This document shows positions 1-11,238 of a DNA stretch of 64,000 nt, in pieces. Numbering within the stretch: position 1 is the stretch's first letter; every line of letters begins with the position of its first letter. A program made the position numbers and the translations under genes. The notes below the pieces were generated by a model. That model was not told the origin of the DNA, did no database searches, and saw only the letters and a program-made list of their open reading frames with translations. Origin of the DNA: Mobula hypostoma. Lineage: Eukaryota. The stretch lies in NCBI RefSeq assembly GCF_963921235.1, contig NC_086119.1:16182001-16246000 (forward strand). Reading direction: 5' to 3'.

Positions 1-1085
1 CCTGGGTGGTGGGGATCCTTAATGATGGACGCTTCCTTCCTAAGGCACCACTCCTTGAAATGTCTTGGATACTATGGAGGGTGGTGCCCATGATGAAGCT
101 GACTAATTTTACAAGTTTCTGCAACTTGCTTTGATCCTGTGCAGTAACACCCTCCCCGCCAGCCAGTCAGAATGCTCTCCATGGTACAATTGTAGAGGTT
201 TTTGAGTTCACCAACTAAATCTCCTCAAACTCCTAATGAAATATAGCTGCTGTCTTTCCTTCTTTATAGCTGCATCAATATGTTGTGTCCAGGTTAGGTC
301 CTCAGAGATATTGACACCCAGGAACTCGAAATTGCTCACTCTCTCCATTTCTGATCCCTCTATGAGAATTGGTCTGTGTTCTCTCATCTTACCCTTTCTG
401 AAGTCCACAATCAGCTTTTTGGTCTTATTGACGTAGAATGCAAGGTTGTTGCTGTAACACCACTCAACTAGCTGGTATATCTCGCTCCTGTCACAAACAA
501 GAGAAAATCTGCAGATGCTGGGAAATCCAAGCAACACACACAAAATGCTGGAGGAACTCAGCAGGCCAGACAGTATCTAGGAAAAGAGTACAGTCGACGT
601 TTTGGGCTGAAACCATTCGGCAGGACACTTCCAGCCGGAAACATCAACTGTACTCTTTCCCCAAATGCTGCCTGGTCTGCTGAGTTCCTCCAGTATTTTG
701 TATGTGTATCTTGCTCCTGTATGCTCTTTTGCACCACCTGAAATTCTGCCAACAATGGTTGTATCATCAGCAAATTTATAGATGGCATTTGAGCTATGTC
801 TAGCCACACAGTCATGGGTGTAGAGAGAGTAGAGCAGTGGGCCAAGCACACACCTCTGTGCTGTGCCAGTGTTGATTGTCAACGAGGTAGAGATGTCATT
901 ACCAATCCGCGCAGATTGTGGTCTTCCAGTCATGAAGTCGAGGATCCAGTTGCAGAGGGAGGTACAGAGGCCCAGGTTCTGTAGCTTTTCAATCAGGACA
1001 GTAGGAATGATGGTGTTAAATGCTGAGCTGTAGTCAATAAACAAAATCTTGACCATTCACATTGTCCAGGTGATCCAAGGGCATT
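1..1085 (-). mobile_element. Rex1/Babar-like non-LTR retrotransposon RT fragment (degraded, split by an insertion at 492-706)
   Basis: [31 protein letters not shown] and LIVDFRK..FLGVNISEDLTW in ORFs 577-1056 and 208-543. Confidence 0.85.
492..706. mobile_element. Palindromic Penelope-derived short insertion
   Basis: inverted arms of the PLE terminal sequence; 14-bp TSD TATCT(C/T)GCTCCTGT at 478-491 and 707-720. Confidence 0.8.
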
Positions 1086-1349
1086 TGGAGAGCTATGAAC
1101 ATCACATCTGCTGCAGGCCAATTGTAGACGAGGTGGCATGGCAGTGTAACACTATTAAAACACCTGCGAGCCGGGTTCAATTCCCGCTGCTGTCTGTAAG
1201 GCATTTGTACGCTCTCCCTGTGACAGCATGGGTTTCCTCCAGGTGTTCCGGTTTCCTCCCACAGTCCAAAGACATATGGATTAGTAAGTTACACACATAA
1301 AAGTTGCTGGTGAACGCAGCAGGCCAGGCAGCATCTCTAGGAAGAGGTG

Positions 1350-1388
1350 CAGTCGACGTTTCAGGCCAAGACCCTTCGTCAGGACTAA
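1350..1388 (-). ncRNA. Minimal type I hammerhead ribozyme motif (PLE type)
   Basis: minus strand reads UUAGUC-CUGACGA-AGGgucuuggCCU-GAAA-CGUC-GACUG: intact core, 3-bp stem II, palindromic ACGU stem III. Confidence 0.7.
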
Positions 1389-1539
1389 CTGAAGGAAGAG
1401 TGAGTAAGGGATTTGAAAGTTGGAGGGGGGAGGGGGAGATCCAAAAGGACTCCCCTCCCCCTCCTGTCTTCTCCTATCATTTTGGATCTCCCCCTCCCCC
1501 CTCCAACTTTCAAATCCCTTACTCACTCTTCCTTCAGTT

Positions 1540-1575
1540 AGTCCTGACGAAGGGTCTCGGTCTGAAACGTCGACT
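1540..1575 (+). ncRNA. Minimal type I hammerhead ribozyme motif (PLE type)
   Basis: AGTC-CTGACGA(1544-1550)-AGGgtctcggTCT-GAAA(1564-1567)-CGTC-GACT; predicted cleavage after C1571. Confidence 0.7.
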
Positions 1576-1941
1576 GCACCTCTTCCTAGAGATGCTGCCT
1601 GGCCTGCTGCATTCACCAGCAACTTTTATGTGTGTTGCTTGAATTTCCAGCATCTGCAGAACTCCTGTTGTTTGGATTAGTAAGTTAATTGGTCGTGTGT
1701 GATTGGGCCAGAAGCACCTGTTACTGTGCTAAATAAAGTGAATTGTCGCTTCACCTGGATGAAGTCTGTGTCTCTGCAGGTGGCAGGGCGGGAGGAGTTA
1801 GACGGGTAGGTGGTATATCACTTGTGGCTGCAGGGGAAGACGATGGAGATGGGGATCTGTAGAGGCAATGGTTCCTTCAGAATGCTGGATGACTTCACTT
1901 AGAAACTAAGCCCCTGAATGTCCCCACTTTTTTATGCCCAG

Positions 1942-2028
1942 GGCCCTGAGTTCAGAGAGTTCCTTCTCACGAAGCTCATCAACGCGGAGTCGGCCTGCTA
2001 CAAGTCCGAGAAGTTTGCAAAGCTGGAG
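1942..2028 (+). CDS. RAP1GAP2: RAP1GAP2 coding exon (end of RapGAP domain), [29 protein letters not shown]
   Basis: cccag| acceptor, |gtaagg donor, 87 nt, phase 0-0; matches human RAP1GAP2 [29 protein letters not shown]. Confidence 0.95.
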
Positions 2029-2633
2029 GTAAGGAAGCACATTCATGGACCAAAGTGCAAAAATGCTCGAGATTCCTTTCACAGCCACACCCCGCTGCCT
2101 CAGGTCAAGAGGCAAATCGAGCTGGCGCCTCGCAACTCCTGCAGATCTGGTTTGATCCCGACTTCCAGGACTGTCCGTGTGGAGCCTGCACCTTCTCCCG
2201 CGAGACATCAGTGTCCTTCCATTCCCCACAGGCACGTTGGTAAATTGTCCCTAATGTGTAGATGGGTGTACCAATCAGGGTGGAGCTGATGGGCAGGTGA
2301 GAGGTAGAGTTTCAGGGAAATAGGTGTGCAATGGGACTGATGAGAGCTAGCATAGACTTGATGGGCCCAATGACCTCCTCTGTCTAAGAAAATAAATACG
2401 AGAAACAGCAATCTTATTAAATGAACAAGTAGAATACAACATGGGGCCCTTCGGCCAACTATGTTGTTTTAACCGAGGCTAAGCTACCCCACAATTAATC
2501 TAGCCCTTCCCTTGTTGTGTAAAGTAAACTGTTTCCTGTGTAATAATGTGTACCTTCTGGTATGTCTCATGAATGCATGGGTTGCTGGAGCTTTGTGCTC
2601 ACTGTACAATGAAATAATTCTGCATTACGAACC

Positions 2634-2843
2634 ACAAATGCTGGAGGAATTCAGTGGGTCAGGCAGTATCAATGGAGAGGAATAAATGGTCGATGTTCTC
2701 AGTCCTGATGAAGGGTCTCAACCTGAAACATCGACTCTTTATTCCTCTCCAAAAGTGCTGCCTGACCTGCTGAGTTCCTCCAGCATTTTGTGCGTGTGTT
2801 GCTCTGGATTTCCAGCATCTGCAGAATCGCTTGTGCTCATTCG
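2634..2843. mobile_element. Palindromic Penelope-derived short insertion
   Basis: imperfect inverted arms around a CTGATGA..GAAA core (2705); 9-bp TSD TTACGAACC at 2625-2633 and 2844-2852. Confidence 0.8.
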
Positions 2844-2878
2844 TTACGAACCGTATATTTTTTGACCCTGCTACTCAG

Positions 2879-3013
2879 AACCGCACCCGGGCAGCATTGC
2901 TGGACAACCTGTACGAGGATCTTCACAACCAGTCACAGGCCATGTTGGGACTGGGCTCTGATGAAGAGAAGATGGAAAATGACACTCACGGAGGATTCCT
3001 GGAGTCTTTCAAG
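2879..3013 (+). CDS. RAP1GAP2: RAP1GAP2 coding exon, [45 protein letters not shown]
   Basis: ctcag| and |gtaaag, 135 nt, phase 0-0; closer to RAP1GAP2 ([19 protein letters not shown]) than to RAP1GAP (ERTRAALLETL..GGFFESFK). Confidence 0.95.
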
Positions 3014-4349
3014 GTAAAGCCCATTTTTAACCATAAATGCTTCATCAGAGGCACACTTACCACAGTCAGTAGTTCCGTCCCTCAAACCTTCTTCCTCAGC
3101 GTGAACTGGCCTCTGTATGCGTTCCATTTTGAACACAGTACAACAAAGGAACAGGCCCTTAGGCCCAACCATGTCTGTACTGATCATGAACCTGATCCCA
3201 ACTGATCTGATCTGCCTGCCCGTGGTCTATATCCCTGCATTCCTCGTCTGTTCGTATGCCTGTTTAACATTGCTATAGTATCTACTTACACATCTTCCCC
3301 TGACAGTGCATTCCAGGCACTCATTATTCTCATCTATGTGGAAATTCAAAATTGCCACACACACCACTTATTAACTTAACTCCTCTCAACTTAAATCTAA
3401 TCCACCAGGTATTTGGCGTTTCCAGCCTGAGAAAAGTCTCTGCCTATTTACCCCTTCTATGCCAGGCCACACCTCAGCCAAGAAGCTACAGAAAAAAAAA
3501 TCACACAAATTTGCCCAATCCCACTTTATAGTCAATCTCTCAAATCCAAGAAACGTTCTGGCGAATGTCTCTACACCATCTCCAAATCCGCCATATCCCT
3601 TCTGTAGTGGAGTGACACATTACTCCGACTGTGGTCGAACCAAGGTTATATACCGCTGCAACATGACTTCCCAACTCCCACCAATGAAGGCAGGAATGCC
3701 ATGAGCCTTCTTACCACCCTGTATACTCATGTTGCCACTTACCGTGAGTAATGGGCTTGCATTTATTCTCTTTAGTTTTATGTCTAATAAAACAATAATG
3801 ATTTCAACCTTGAAAAATTATACAGTAACAAATATCAATGCCAGGTGGAGGAAAAAGATGCCAGATTTCCCCTCCCTGTGCTTTCTCAATAAGTGGATAC
3901 TCTCTAATTCTGAGATTATGCTTCCAGATTCCAATTCCTCTCCCGTTCCCACGAGAGAAAATAGCTGTGAACCACCCTCACTGTTGAAATCTTGTTATCA
4001 TCTTTAAATCAGCCCTCGAATGCTTACAGTCATAGTTCAAAGTAAATTTATTATCAAAGTACATAAATGTCACCATACCTGAGATTCATTTGCGGTCAAT
4101 ACAAAGAAATACAATAGAATCAATGAAAATCAAAGACGGAGAAACAACCAAAATGCAATGGACAATAAATTGTGCAAATAGAAAAAGAAAAAGTAAAATA
4201 AATAAATAAATAAATATTGGAAGTGAGTTGTAGAGTCCTTGAAAGTGAGTCCAATGAATAGAAACCAGGGTTGTCGAGGTGAATCTCTTTCAACCTTTGA
4301 AAACCAATTTTTACAATTTTGTTCTCTATCATAAAAAGCAAGCGAGAGA

Positions 4350-4565
4350 TTTATCAAGCAACACACGTCAAAATTGCTGGTGAACGCAGCAGGCCAGGCA
4401 GCATCTCTAGGAAGAGGTACAGTCGACGTTTCGGGCCGAGACCCTTCGTCAGGACTAACTGAAGGAAGAGCTAGTAAGAGATTTGAAAGTGGGAGAGAGA
4501 GGGGGAGATCCAAATTGATAGGAGAAGACAGGAGGGGGAAGGATGGAGCCAAGAGCTGGACAGGT
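4350..4565 (-). mobile_element. Penelope 3' terminal fragment (single arm)
   Basis: near-identical to the terminus of the PLE at ~11240-11440. Confidence 0.8.
4420..4458 (-). ncRNA. Minimal hammerhead ribozyme motif (PLE type)
   Basis: UUAGUC-CUGACGA-agggucucggccc-GAAA-CGUC-GACUG on the minus strand. Confidence 0.65.
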
Positions 4566-4694
4566 CTACTTTGTTACCACTAAATGTGTGTGTGTAAGCA
4601 TCAGCTGACAGTGGTAGTCACTTTCCATAGACCTTGCTGAAACAGAATGTGGAATTTAACACTCTCCCTAGCACACAGTATTAACAAGCGAAAC

Positions 4695-5202
4695 GTACCT
4701 CATGTACCTAATAAAGTGGCCACTGAGTGTATGTTTGTGATCTTCTGCTGCTGTAGCCCATCCACTTCAAGACTCGATGTTTTGTGCATTCAGAGATGCT
4801 CTTCTGCACACCACTGTTGTAATGTGTGGTTATTTGAGTTACTGTCGCCTTCATGACAGCTTGAACCAGTCTGGCCATTCTCCTCTGACCTCTCTCATTA
4901 ACAAGACATTTTCACCCACAAAACTGCTGCTCACTGGTATTTTGTTTTTTGCACCATTCTCTGTAACCTCTAGAGACTGCTGAAATCCCGGGAGATCAGC
5001 AGTTTCTGAGATACTCAAACCACCCTGACTGGCACCCACAATCATTCTATGGTCGAAGTCACTTAGATCACATTTCTTCCCCATTCTGATGTTTGTTCTG
5101 AACAACAACTGAACCACTTGACCTTGTCTGCATGCTTTTATGCACTGAGTTGCAGCCACTTATGTAGATATTTGCATTAATGTACAAGTGGCCACTGAGT
5201 GT
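4695..5202 (-). mobile_element. Non-autonomous Tc1-derived element (N-terminal HTH remnant)
   Basis: MGKKCDLSDFD..MIVGA..GLSISETADL; terminal motif cactcagtggccacttt. Confidence 0.75.
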
Positions 5203-5204
5203 GG

Positions 5205-5440
5205 ATAGGGTGAATGCACACAGTCTTTTCCCCAGGGCTGGGGAATCAAAAATAAGAAGAGGGTAGGTTTAAGGTTAGAGGAAAGATTTAGTAGGAACTT
5301 GAAAGGGAATGTTTTTACACTGAGGATGGTACGTATGTGGAACACGCTACCAGAGAACATGAGTGAGGTGGGTACAATAGCACATTTCAAAGGCCAGGTA
5401 CATTGGGTAGGAAAGATTTATAAGGTTATGGACAAATGTG
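5205..5440 (+). mobile_element. CR1 LINE 3' fragment
   Basis: GNVFTLRMVRMWNTLP, a CR1 C-terminal motif. Confidence 0.65.
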
Positions 5441-6171
5441 GGTCAATGGGACTGGTTTGGCCATTGAGTAGATTTTTCCTCTAGGATGCAGGCAGATAAA
5501 AAAGTTTGATTAAAATATTTCAGCGTGTGCAAATTGCATCCTCGGGCCTGTAGCTGGTAAATCGCTGCACAACAATGACCCCATGGAATGCAGTTTTCTG
5601 ACATTTAGTCATTTGCAGCGCCACCTCCAGACTTTTATCCTTGAAGCAGAACCAATGCCACAATGAACGTTCAGTCACAGACTTTAACTTCATCTGCTGC
5701 AGCATTTGGATGGCGGTTTCAGAGTGCTAGCTGAGCCCTCAATGAATTCCTTTGAATTTGTTTAAACCCTTGACGGCTTTTCTTCACAGAGCGAGAGGGT
5801 TTTAGCAAGTGAAAGGTGAAGGATGAAATATAAACAGTGTTGATGAAAGCTCTTGTAACGATTAAAGTAAAATATTTTTCAAAATCTGAAGCCCTGTCAT
5901 CCTGAAAGAGTGCACCACTGCAGATGGGGAGTGGAGACCAGCACTTCACTCATAAACACTTTGATGGGGTTTTTGTGGGCATGAAGAAGAATCATATGGG
6001 ATGAACCTAGATCACCATGGTTATGTGTAACAACAAAAAGGGGTGCAGCTTCTAAGTGGGTAGGGAACAGTGGCACTGTAACTCAAGGGAGATCTATCAG
6101 TTCACAGATCAAAAGATCAAGAGAATAGTTGAAATGGATTGATATTTGTGAAAATGGGTTTGTGCTGTCAG

Positions 6172-6662
6172 GCAGATCCGTCTGTGGTGGCCAGTGCTAT
6201 CATGTTTGCTGTTGTGCGCTGGGGCAGCAGGCTGAAGGGAGCAGACACCAACAGGATCAACAAACTCATTCGTAAGGCCAGTGATGTTGTGGGGATGGAA
6301 CTAGACTCTCTGACGGTGGTGTCTGAAAAGAGGATGCTGTCCAAGTTGCATGCCATCTTGGACAATGTCTCCCATCCACTACATAATGTACTGGTTGGGC
6401 ACAGGAGTACATTCAGCCAGAGACTCATTCCTCCGAGATGCAACACAGAGCGTCATAGGAAGTCATTCCTGCCTATGGCCATCAAACTTTACAACTCCTC
6501 CCTTGGAGGGTCAGACACCCTGAGCCAATAGGCTGGTCCTGGACTTATTTCCTGGCAAAATTTGGATATTACTATTTAATTATTTATGGTGCAACTGTAA
6601 CGAAAAAACCAATTTCCCCCGGGATCAATAAAGTATGACTATGACTATGACTACTATGACTA
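6172..6662 (+). mobile_element. Rex1/Babar-like LINE 3' end
   Basis: SVVASAIMFAVVRWG..RINKLIRKA..HPLH..RHRKSFLP..AIKLYN; aataaag followed by a (TATGAC)n tail. Confidence 0.75.
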
Positions 6663-7200
6663 TATATGCAGATTTTATGGGGTTGTGGTCCTGTGCACCC
6701 ATTAACCCACCCCACCACTGCTACGTGTACATTACCAGCATCACTTTATGTACCTACCATCAGAGTCCACTCGCTCTTCCGCAACGTCCACTCCTGCCTC
6801 TGCGGCGCTGAGACGGTCAGCGTGCTCCAGCTGCTATGTGCTTTGAGTCTGCTAGCTTCGCCACAACTAGCCCTGCTGTATGATCAACTGAGACCGAGGC
6901 TGTGGGCCTCCTGGCTGCTCCAGCTCCGGGTCTATGGCCTCAATTTGGGTCCGAATGCTGTTTGCGTGATTTGTTTTTATTTTTTTTCTTTCTCTTGCAT
7001 TGGGTCTTGGTCGTGTTCTTTCAGGTGTCTTGCTCTGTGGCTATCTGTAAGCAGATGAATCTCAAGGGTATATAACTTATACATACTTTGATTAAAAAAC
7101 TACTTTGAATCTTTTAACAGTTACTTGTACGTTGTGTTTTATATTATGTTTATATTTTTATAGTTTTTTTGTTTTATTGTGTTCTTTATGCTTGTTGTTG

Positions 7201-7593
7201 CGTGAATGAAATCACCGGAGAGAGACTACTGGTAGATACAAATCAGCTTCTTCATTCGACAAAACAAGGTACAGCAGGCATCATACGGAGACGCTTTCAG
7301 TGGAAGGGTCTGCTGGCGCAACATGGGGCTCAATATTTATTTGCTAAACACAAAGGAAAATTCCATATTTACAAAGTATAGACAATGCTTTCATTTGAAA
7401 CTACATGCAAACTTCACACCTTCTGATTCGCACCCATCCCACAGATGCCAGCATCGTCTGGACTGGGATTCATAGCTTTTAGAATTCACATTGTTCCAAA
7501 TTAAATCCACAATACATTATCAAGGAACAAAAGACTGGTAGCCAAAGCCATTTGCTAAGTGTAAATGACCTAAACCCAAAAATCACTCTAACA
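7201..7593 (-). mobile_element. Solo-LTR-like repeat (copy 1)
   Basis: alignable with 13870-14306; minus strand starts TGTTAG with TATA-like and polyA-like motifs; no clean TSD. Confidence 0.45.
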
Positions 7594-8139
7594 ATGTTTT
7601 ATGTTTTTTTTAAAATGCTGCATTGGTTCAGAGTAACAATCATTTTGTTCTCCTTTATTCCTGTGTACTGAAGAATAGCAATGAGCAATCTTAAGTCTTT
7701 ACCCAGTGGGTTGTAAATCCTGAGGATTTTCTACCCAGAAAGCAGAGGATACTCAGCTGGTTGGTGTGTTCCAAAGTCAACGGGGAATCGGAGTTTGTGT
7801 GACTGTGGGGTAGGAAATTGTCTTGGGGCTCGGAAGTAACCAGGATCTAATTGTATGGCGGAGCAGGAATCCGACATGTGTTGGTCCTAATCATTGCTTA
7901 TGCCTTTGTAGTAGTGAAACCTTATCCCTTACTCTTAGGAGAACTACAGGACAGATACTTGACACCAGTCACATTTTGGAGGGGTTGAGCAAATTGTTAA
8001 TCAAAAGGCTGGGTTTTAAAGAGGTTGCTGGGGAGATGAAGACACTTGGGAAGGAAACTCCAAAGTTTAAAAGTTAACCGGTATCTATAAGTATGGACCT
8101 GCGTAAGGAAGCAGAGATGAGAGTTGGAAAAGGTCAGTA

Positions 8140-8535
8140 AGTGGTCTGGCTGGTTGAGGTTGAGAGGTGACCTGATAGAGGTGTATAAGATTATGAGAGG
8201 CATTGATCGTGTGGATAGCCAGAGGCTTTTTCCAGGACTGAAGTGGCTAGCATGAGGGGGCATAGTTTTAAGGTGCTTGGAAGTTGATACAAGGGGGATG
8301 TTAGAGGTAAGTTTTTCACACAGAGAGTGGTGGGTGCGTGGAGTGCACTGCAGCGAAGGTGGTAGAGGTGGATACAATAGGGTCTTTTAAGAGACTCTTA
8401 GATGGAGCTTAGAAAAATAGAGGCCATGCAGTAGGGAAATTCTAGGCAGTTTCTAGAGTAGGTTACATGATCAGCATAACATTATGGGCCAAAATGCCTG
8501 TAATATGCTGTAGATTTTCTATGTTTTTATGTTCC
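8140..8535 (+). mobile_element. CR1 LINE 3' fragment
   Basis: LRGDLIEVYKIMRGIDRV..FTQRVVGAW in the plus frame. Confidence 0.8.
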
Positions 8536-9229
8536 TATGATGAGGTAGGAAGGGCTGAGCCACAGAATCAAAATTAAAAAAAAGATGCATTTCAAGTGCG
8601 TTCTCAGTATTATATTTTATATTTGCACAGTTGACTTCTTTTGCATGTTGGTTGTTTGCCAGTCTTTCTTTATGACTAGATTTTCATAAAATTTTATTAT
8701 ATTTATTTTTTCCTGTAAATGCCTGCAAGAAAATTAATCTCAACATAGCGTATAATAACATGTATGTACTTTGATAATAATTTTAATTTGAACTTTGATT
8801 TCCAGGCTGAGAGCCATGATAGGCCAGGGTGCCTGGGGATGGTGGGGGAACAGGACAATGTAGGCTTGGACAGAGGCAGCAGAATTTCCAAAAGTCACCT
8901 GTATCCCAAGCTAAAGCATGCAAGCCACTTACTGACATTTCCAGCATCTGCAGATTTTCTCTTGCTTGTGATTAGAAAACGACTAACTGTGCAGCCCATC
9001 TTCTAATCAAGATCGGTGTGCTAAGAAATTTTGGGCAATAGTGTGGAGATAGACTGAACCATGAGGAGGCCTCAGATTGATATAGAGACTGGAGATGCTC
9101 AACAGATCAGGCAGCATCCACGGAGAGAGAAGCAGGGGTGGGGTTTAAGCTAAATTACCTCTCAGTGGCTGTCGTGGGACAGGAGTTGCTTGTGTACGAC
9201 ACAAATCCGGTTTTCTCTTTACATGATAG

Positions 9230-9367
9230 AGGGTAATTCGTGTCCGGAGCCACTCGATGGAGACAATGGTGACGAGCCACAAGAAGCACCACAGCGGAGG
9301 GTTGCCAGGCAGCCAGAGTGGTGGAATCCCGCACAGTGTGATGGAGATTATCAAGCACCCTCCCAAT
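9230..9367 (+). CDS. RAP1GAP2: RAP1GAP2 coding exon, RVIRVRSHSMETMVTSHKKHHSGGLPGSQSGGIPHSVMEIIKHPPN
   Basis: gatag| and |gtaagt, 138 nt, phase 0-0; matches human RAIRVRSHSMETMVGGQKKSHSGGIPGSLSGG; this frame is not in the ORF track. Confidence 0.95.
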
Positions 9368-9789
9368 GTAAGTACACGTCACTCATTTTGAAAAAACACG
9401 CCTGGGTAAATACTTGTCTTCAGTTTTGACTCCCTTCCTGCTGACAGACCCATTCCCAGCAACATTATATGCCTGAATCATTGAATGATGCTCAGAAAGT
9501 GAGGCCATTCAATCCATTGAGACTTTCCCAGCCCTTCAAAAGGTTCCCATTTCTCCATTGCCCCGCAAATGTTGGAATAGTGTTTTCCCCAGATAGTTTC
9601 AGCCTGCTGGGCTTTTCTGCTCACCAGAAGAGAGAAGGTACACTTCAAGGTCCCGTGACAAAGTAGCTCGACAAGACTGTGAGGTAGTTTTCCCTCTGGG
9701 GAATTTCATTAGCTATTAACAATAATCAAATAAATTATTATGAATCAAAACTAGATTGAAAAATGGATATGATTTGTAATTAGATATTC

Positions 9790-10460
9790 TTAGCAGTGAG
9801 GAGGAACAGAGAGATGTTGGTGTCCATGACCACGCAGGTGTGGTTAAGAAGGCGTATGTGTGTTGGCCTTCAAAAGTCGGAGTATTGTGTTCAAGAGCCA
9901 CAAAGGAATGTGGCAGCTCTATATAACTTTGGTTAGACCACACTTGGAGTGTTGTGTTCAGTTGTGGTCACCTCATATAGGAAGGATGTGGAATCTTTAG
10001 ACCTAGAGTTTGCAGAGGAGATCTACCAGTATGCTGCCTGAATTAGTATGTTTTTTGAGCTAGGGCTTTTCACTTTGGAGTGAAGGAGGATGAGAGGTGA
10101 CTTGATGAGTATGTAAAAAGTGATAAGAGGCATAGACTGAGTGAACAGCTAGAGACTTCTTCCCAGGGCAGAAATGACTAATACAAGGGGGCATAGTTTT
10201 AAGTGATTGGAAGGAAGAGTAGGGGGAATGTCAGAGGTAGGTTTCTTGCACAGAGAGTGGTTGGTGCATAGAATGCACTGCCTGGGGTGTGGTAGAGACA
10301 GAAATATGTGGGGCATTGAAGAGACTCTTAGATAGGTATACGGATGATAGAAACATGTATGAGGGAAAGGTTAGATTAACCTTAGAACAGGTTAAAAGGT
10401 TGGCATAACACCATGGGCTGAAAGGCCTATACTGTGCTGCACTGTTCTTTGTTCTAGATG
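9790..10460 (+). mobile_element. CR1 LINE 3' fragment (degraded)
   Basis: LVRPHLECCVQLW..RMRGDL motifs and a CR1-type tail. Confidence 0.75.
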
Positions 10461-10719
10461 TGCAGAGAAAGTAATAATGGTGTTATGTGGTTTAGTGGAG
10501 GCGATCCCAGCTTCCTCATCTGGTATTAGTGAGATCCTGCCCACCAGTGGGGAGTCTTGCACAATGATATAGTGAGACCGTGTCCACAGTATTGTGTGAA
10601 GTGATGGTCTCCATATGTGTGAAGGGGTGTACTTGTAATAGAGAGAGTGCAGCAGAAGTTTTCCTGTGATTACGGGAGGAGAGACTGAATTAACTAGGCC
10701 TGTGTTCACTAGTATTCAG

Positions 10720-11135
10720 AAAAGAAGAGGGAGCGGGGAACTCAGTAAAACACACAAACTTCAGACTGGGTGCAGTGAGAGAGAGTGTTTCCCAAGGCTG
10801 AAGCATCTTGAACAAAGTGCCACGATCTTAGGATACAGGGTAAACTATTCAGGACTGAGATGAGGAGAGATTTCTCCATGCAGAAGTTATTGAACTTGTG
10901 AAATTCTCTATCACAGACCAGGTTATTGAATATACTTGAGGAGGAATTAAGAGAATTTTGAGACACAAAAGGCATCTAAAGATACAGGGGTGAGTGGGAA
11001 TATGATCATAAGGTAAAGGATCGGCCATGATTGATCACGAGTAACTCCACTGAAAGATTCTGGGGATAAAACAGGGAAAAATGTAGGAGAATGAATTCCT
11101 TTGTGAGGTGGCATGGACTCAATGGGCTGAATGGC
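10720..11135 (+). mobile_element. CR1 LINE 3' fragment (degraded)
   Basis: RTEMRRDFSMQKLLNLWNSL-type motif. Confidence 0.6.
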
Positions 11136-11238
11136 CTCTTTCACTATCATAAGGAAATATGGTATAAGAGCTTGGGTTGGCCCATGCCAGCCAACCTCAG
11201 CATGATCCAGGCCAGAATGCTGTGCAAAGTGTTATAGT

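Larger units (their letters stand above)
1292..1672. mobile_element. Palindromic Penelope-derived insertion with ~150-bp arms
   Basis: near-perfect inverted arms; 15-bp TSD TGGATTAGTAAGTTA at 1277-1291 and 1673-1687. Confidence 0.88.
1130..1738 (+). mobile_element. tRNA-derived V-SINE (HE1-like), split by an insertion at 1292-1672
   Basis: box-B-like ggttcaattccc and V-domain ggtttcctccaggtgttccggtttcctcccacagtccaaagac; related copies near 14390-14712, 25600-25860, 31180-31420, 36470-36732, 44625-44880, 48650-48985, 50665-50955, 52262-52560. Confidence 0.75.

Noticed and set aside
1130-1200. tRNA genes at the GGTTCAA motifs
   Set aside because: These are SINE heads with no complete cloverleaf.
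1281-1642. Mirror-image ORFs MLVNAAGQAASLGRG.. on both strands (also 4130-4583, 11147-11473)
   Set aside because: Artefact of the palindromic PLE-derived repeat; not host genes.
1780-1810. ctctgcag|gtggcagggcgggag as an upstream RAP1GAP2 exon
   Set aside because: It does not encode the expected VSVTAREDVP..FQK segment and hits a stop; the preceding exon lies outside the window.
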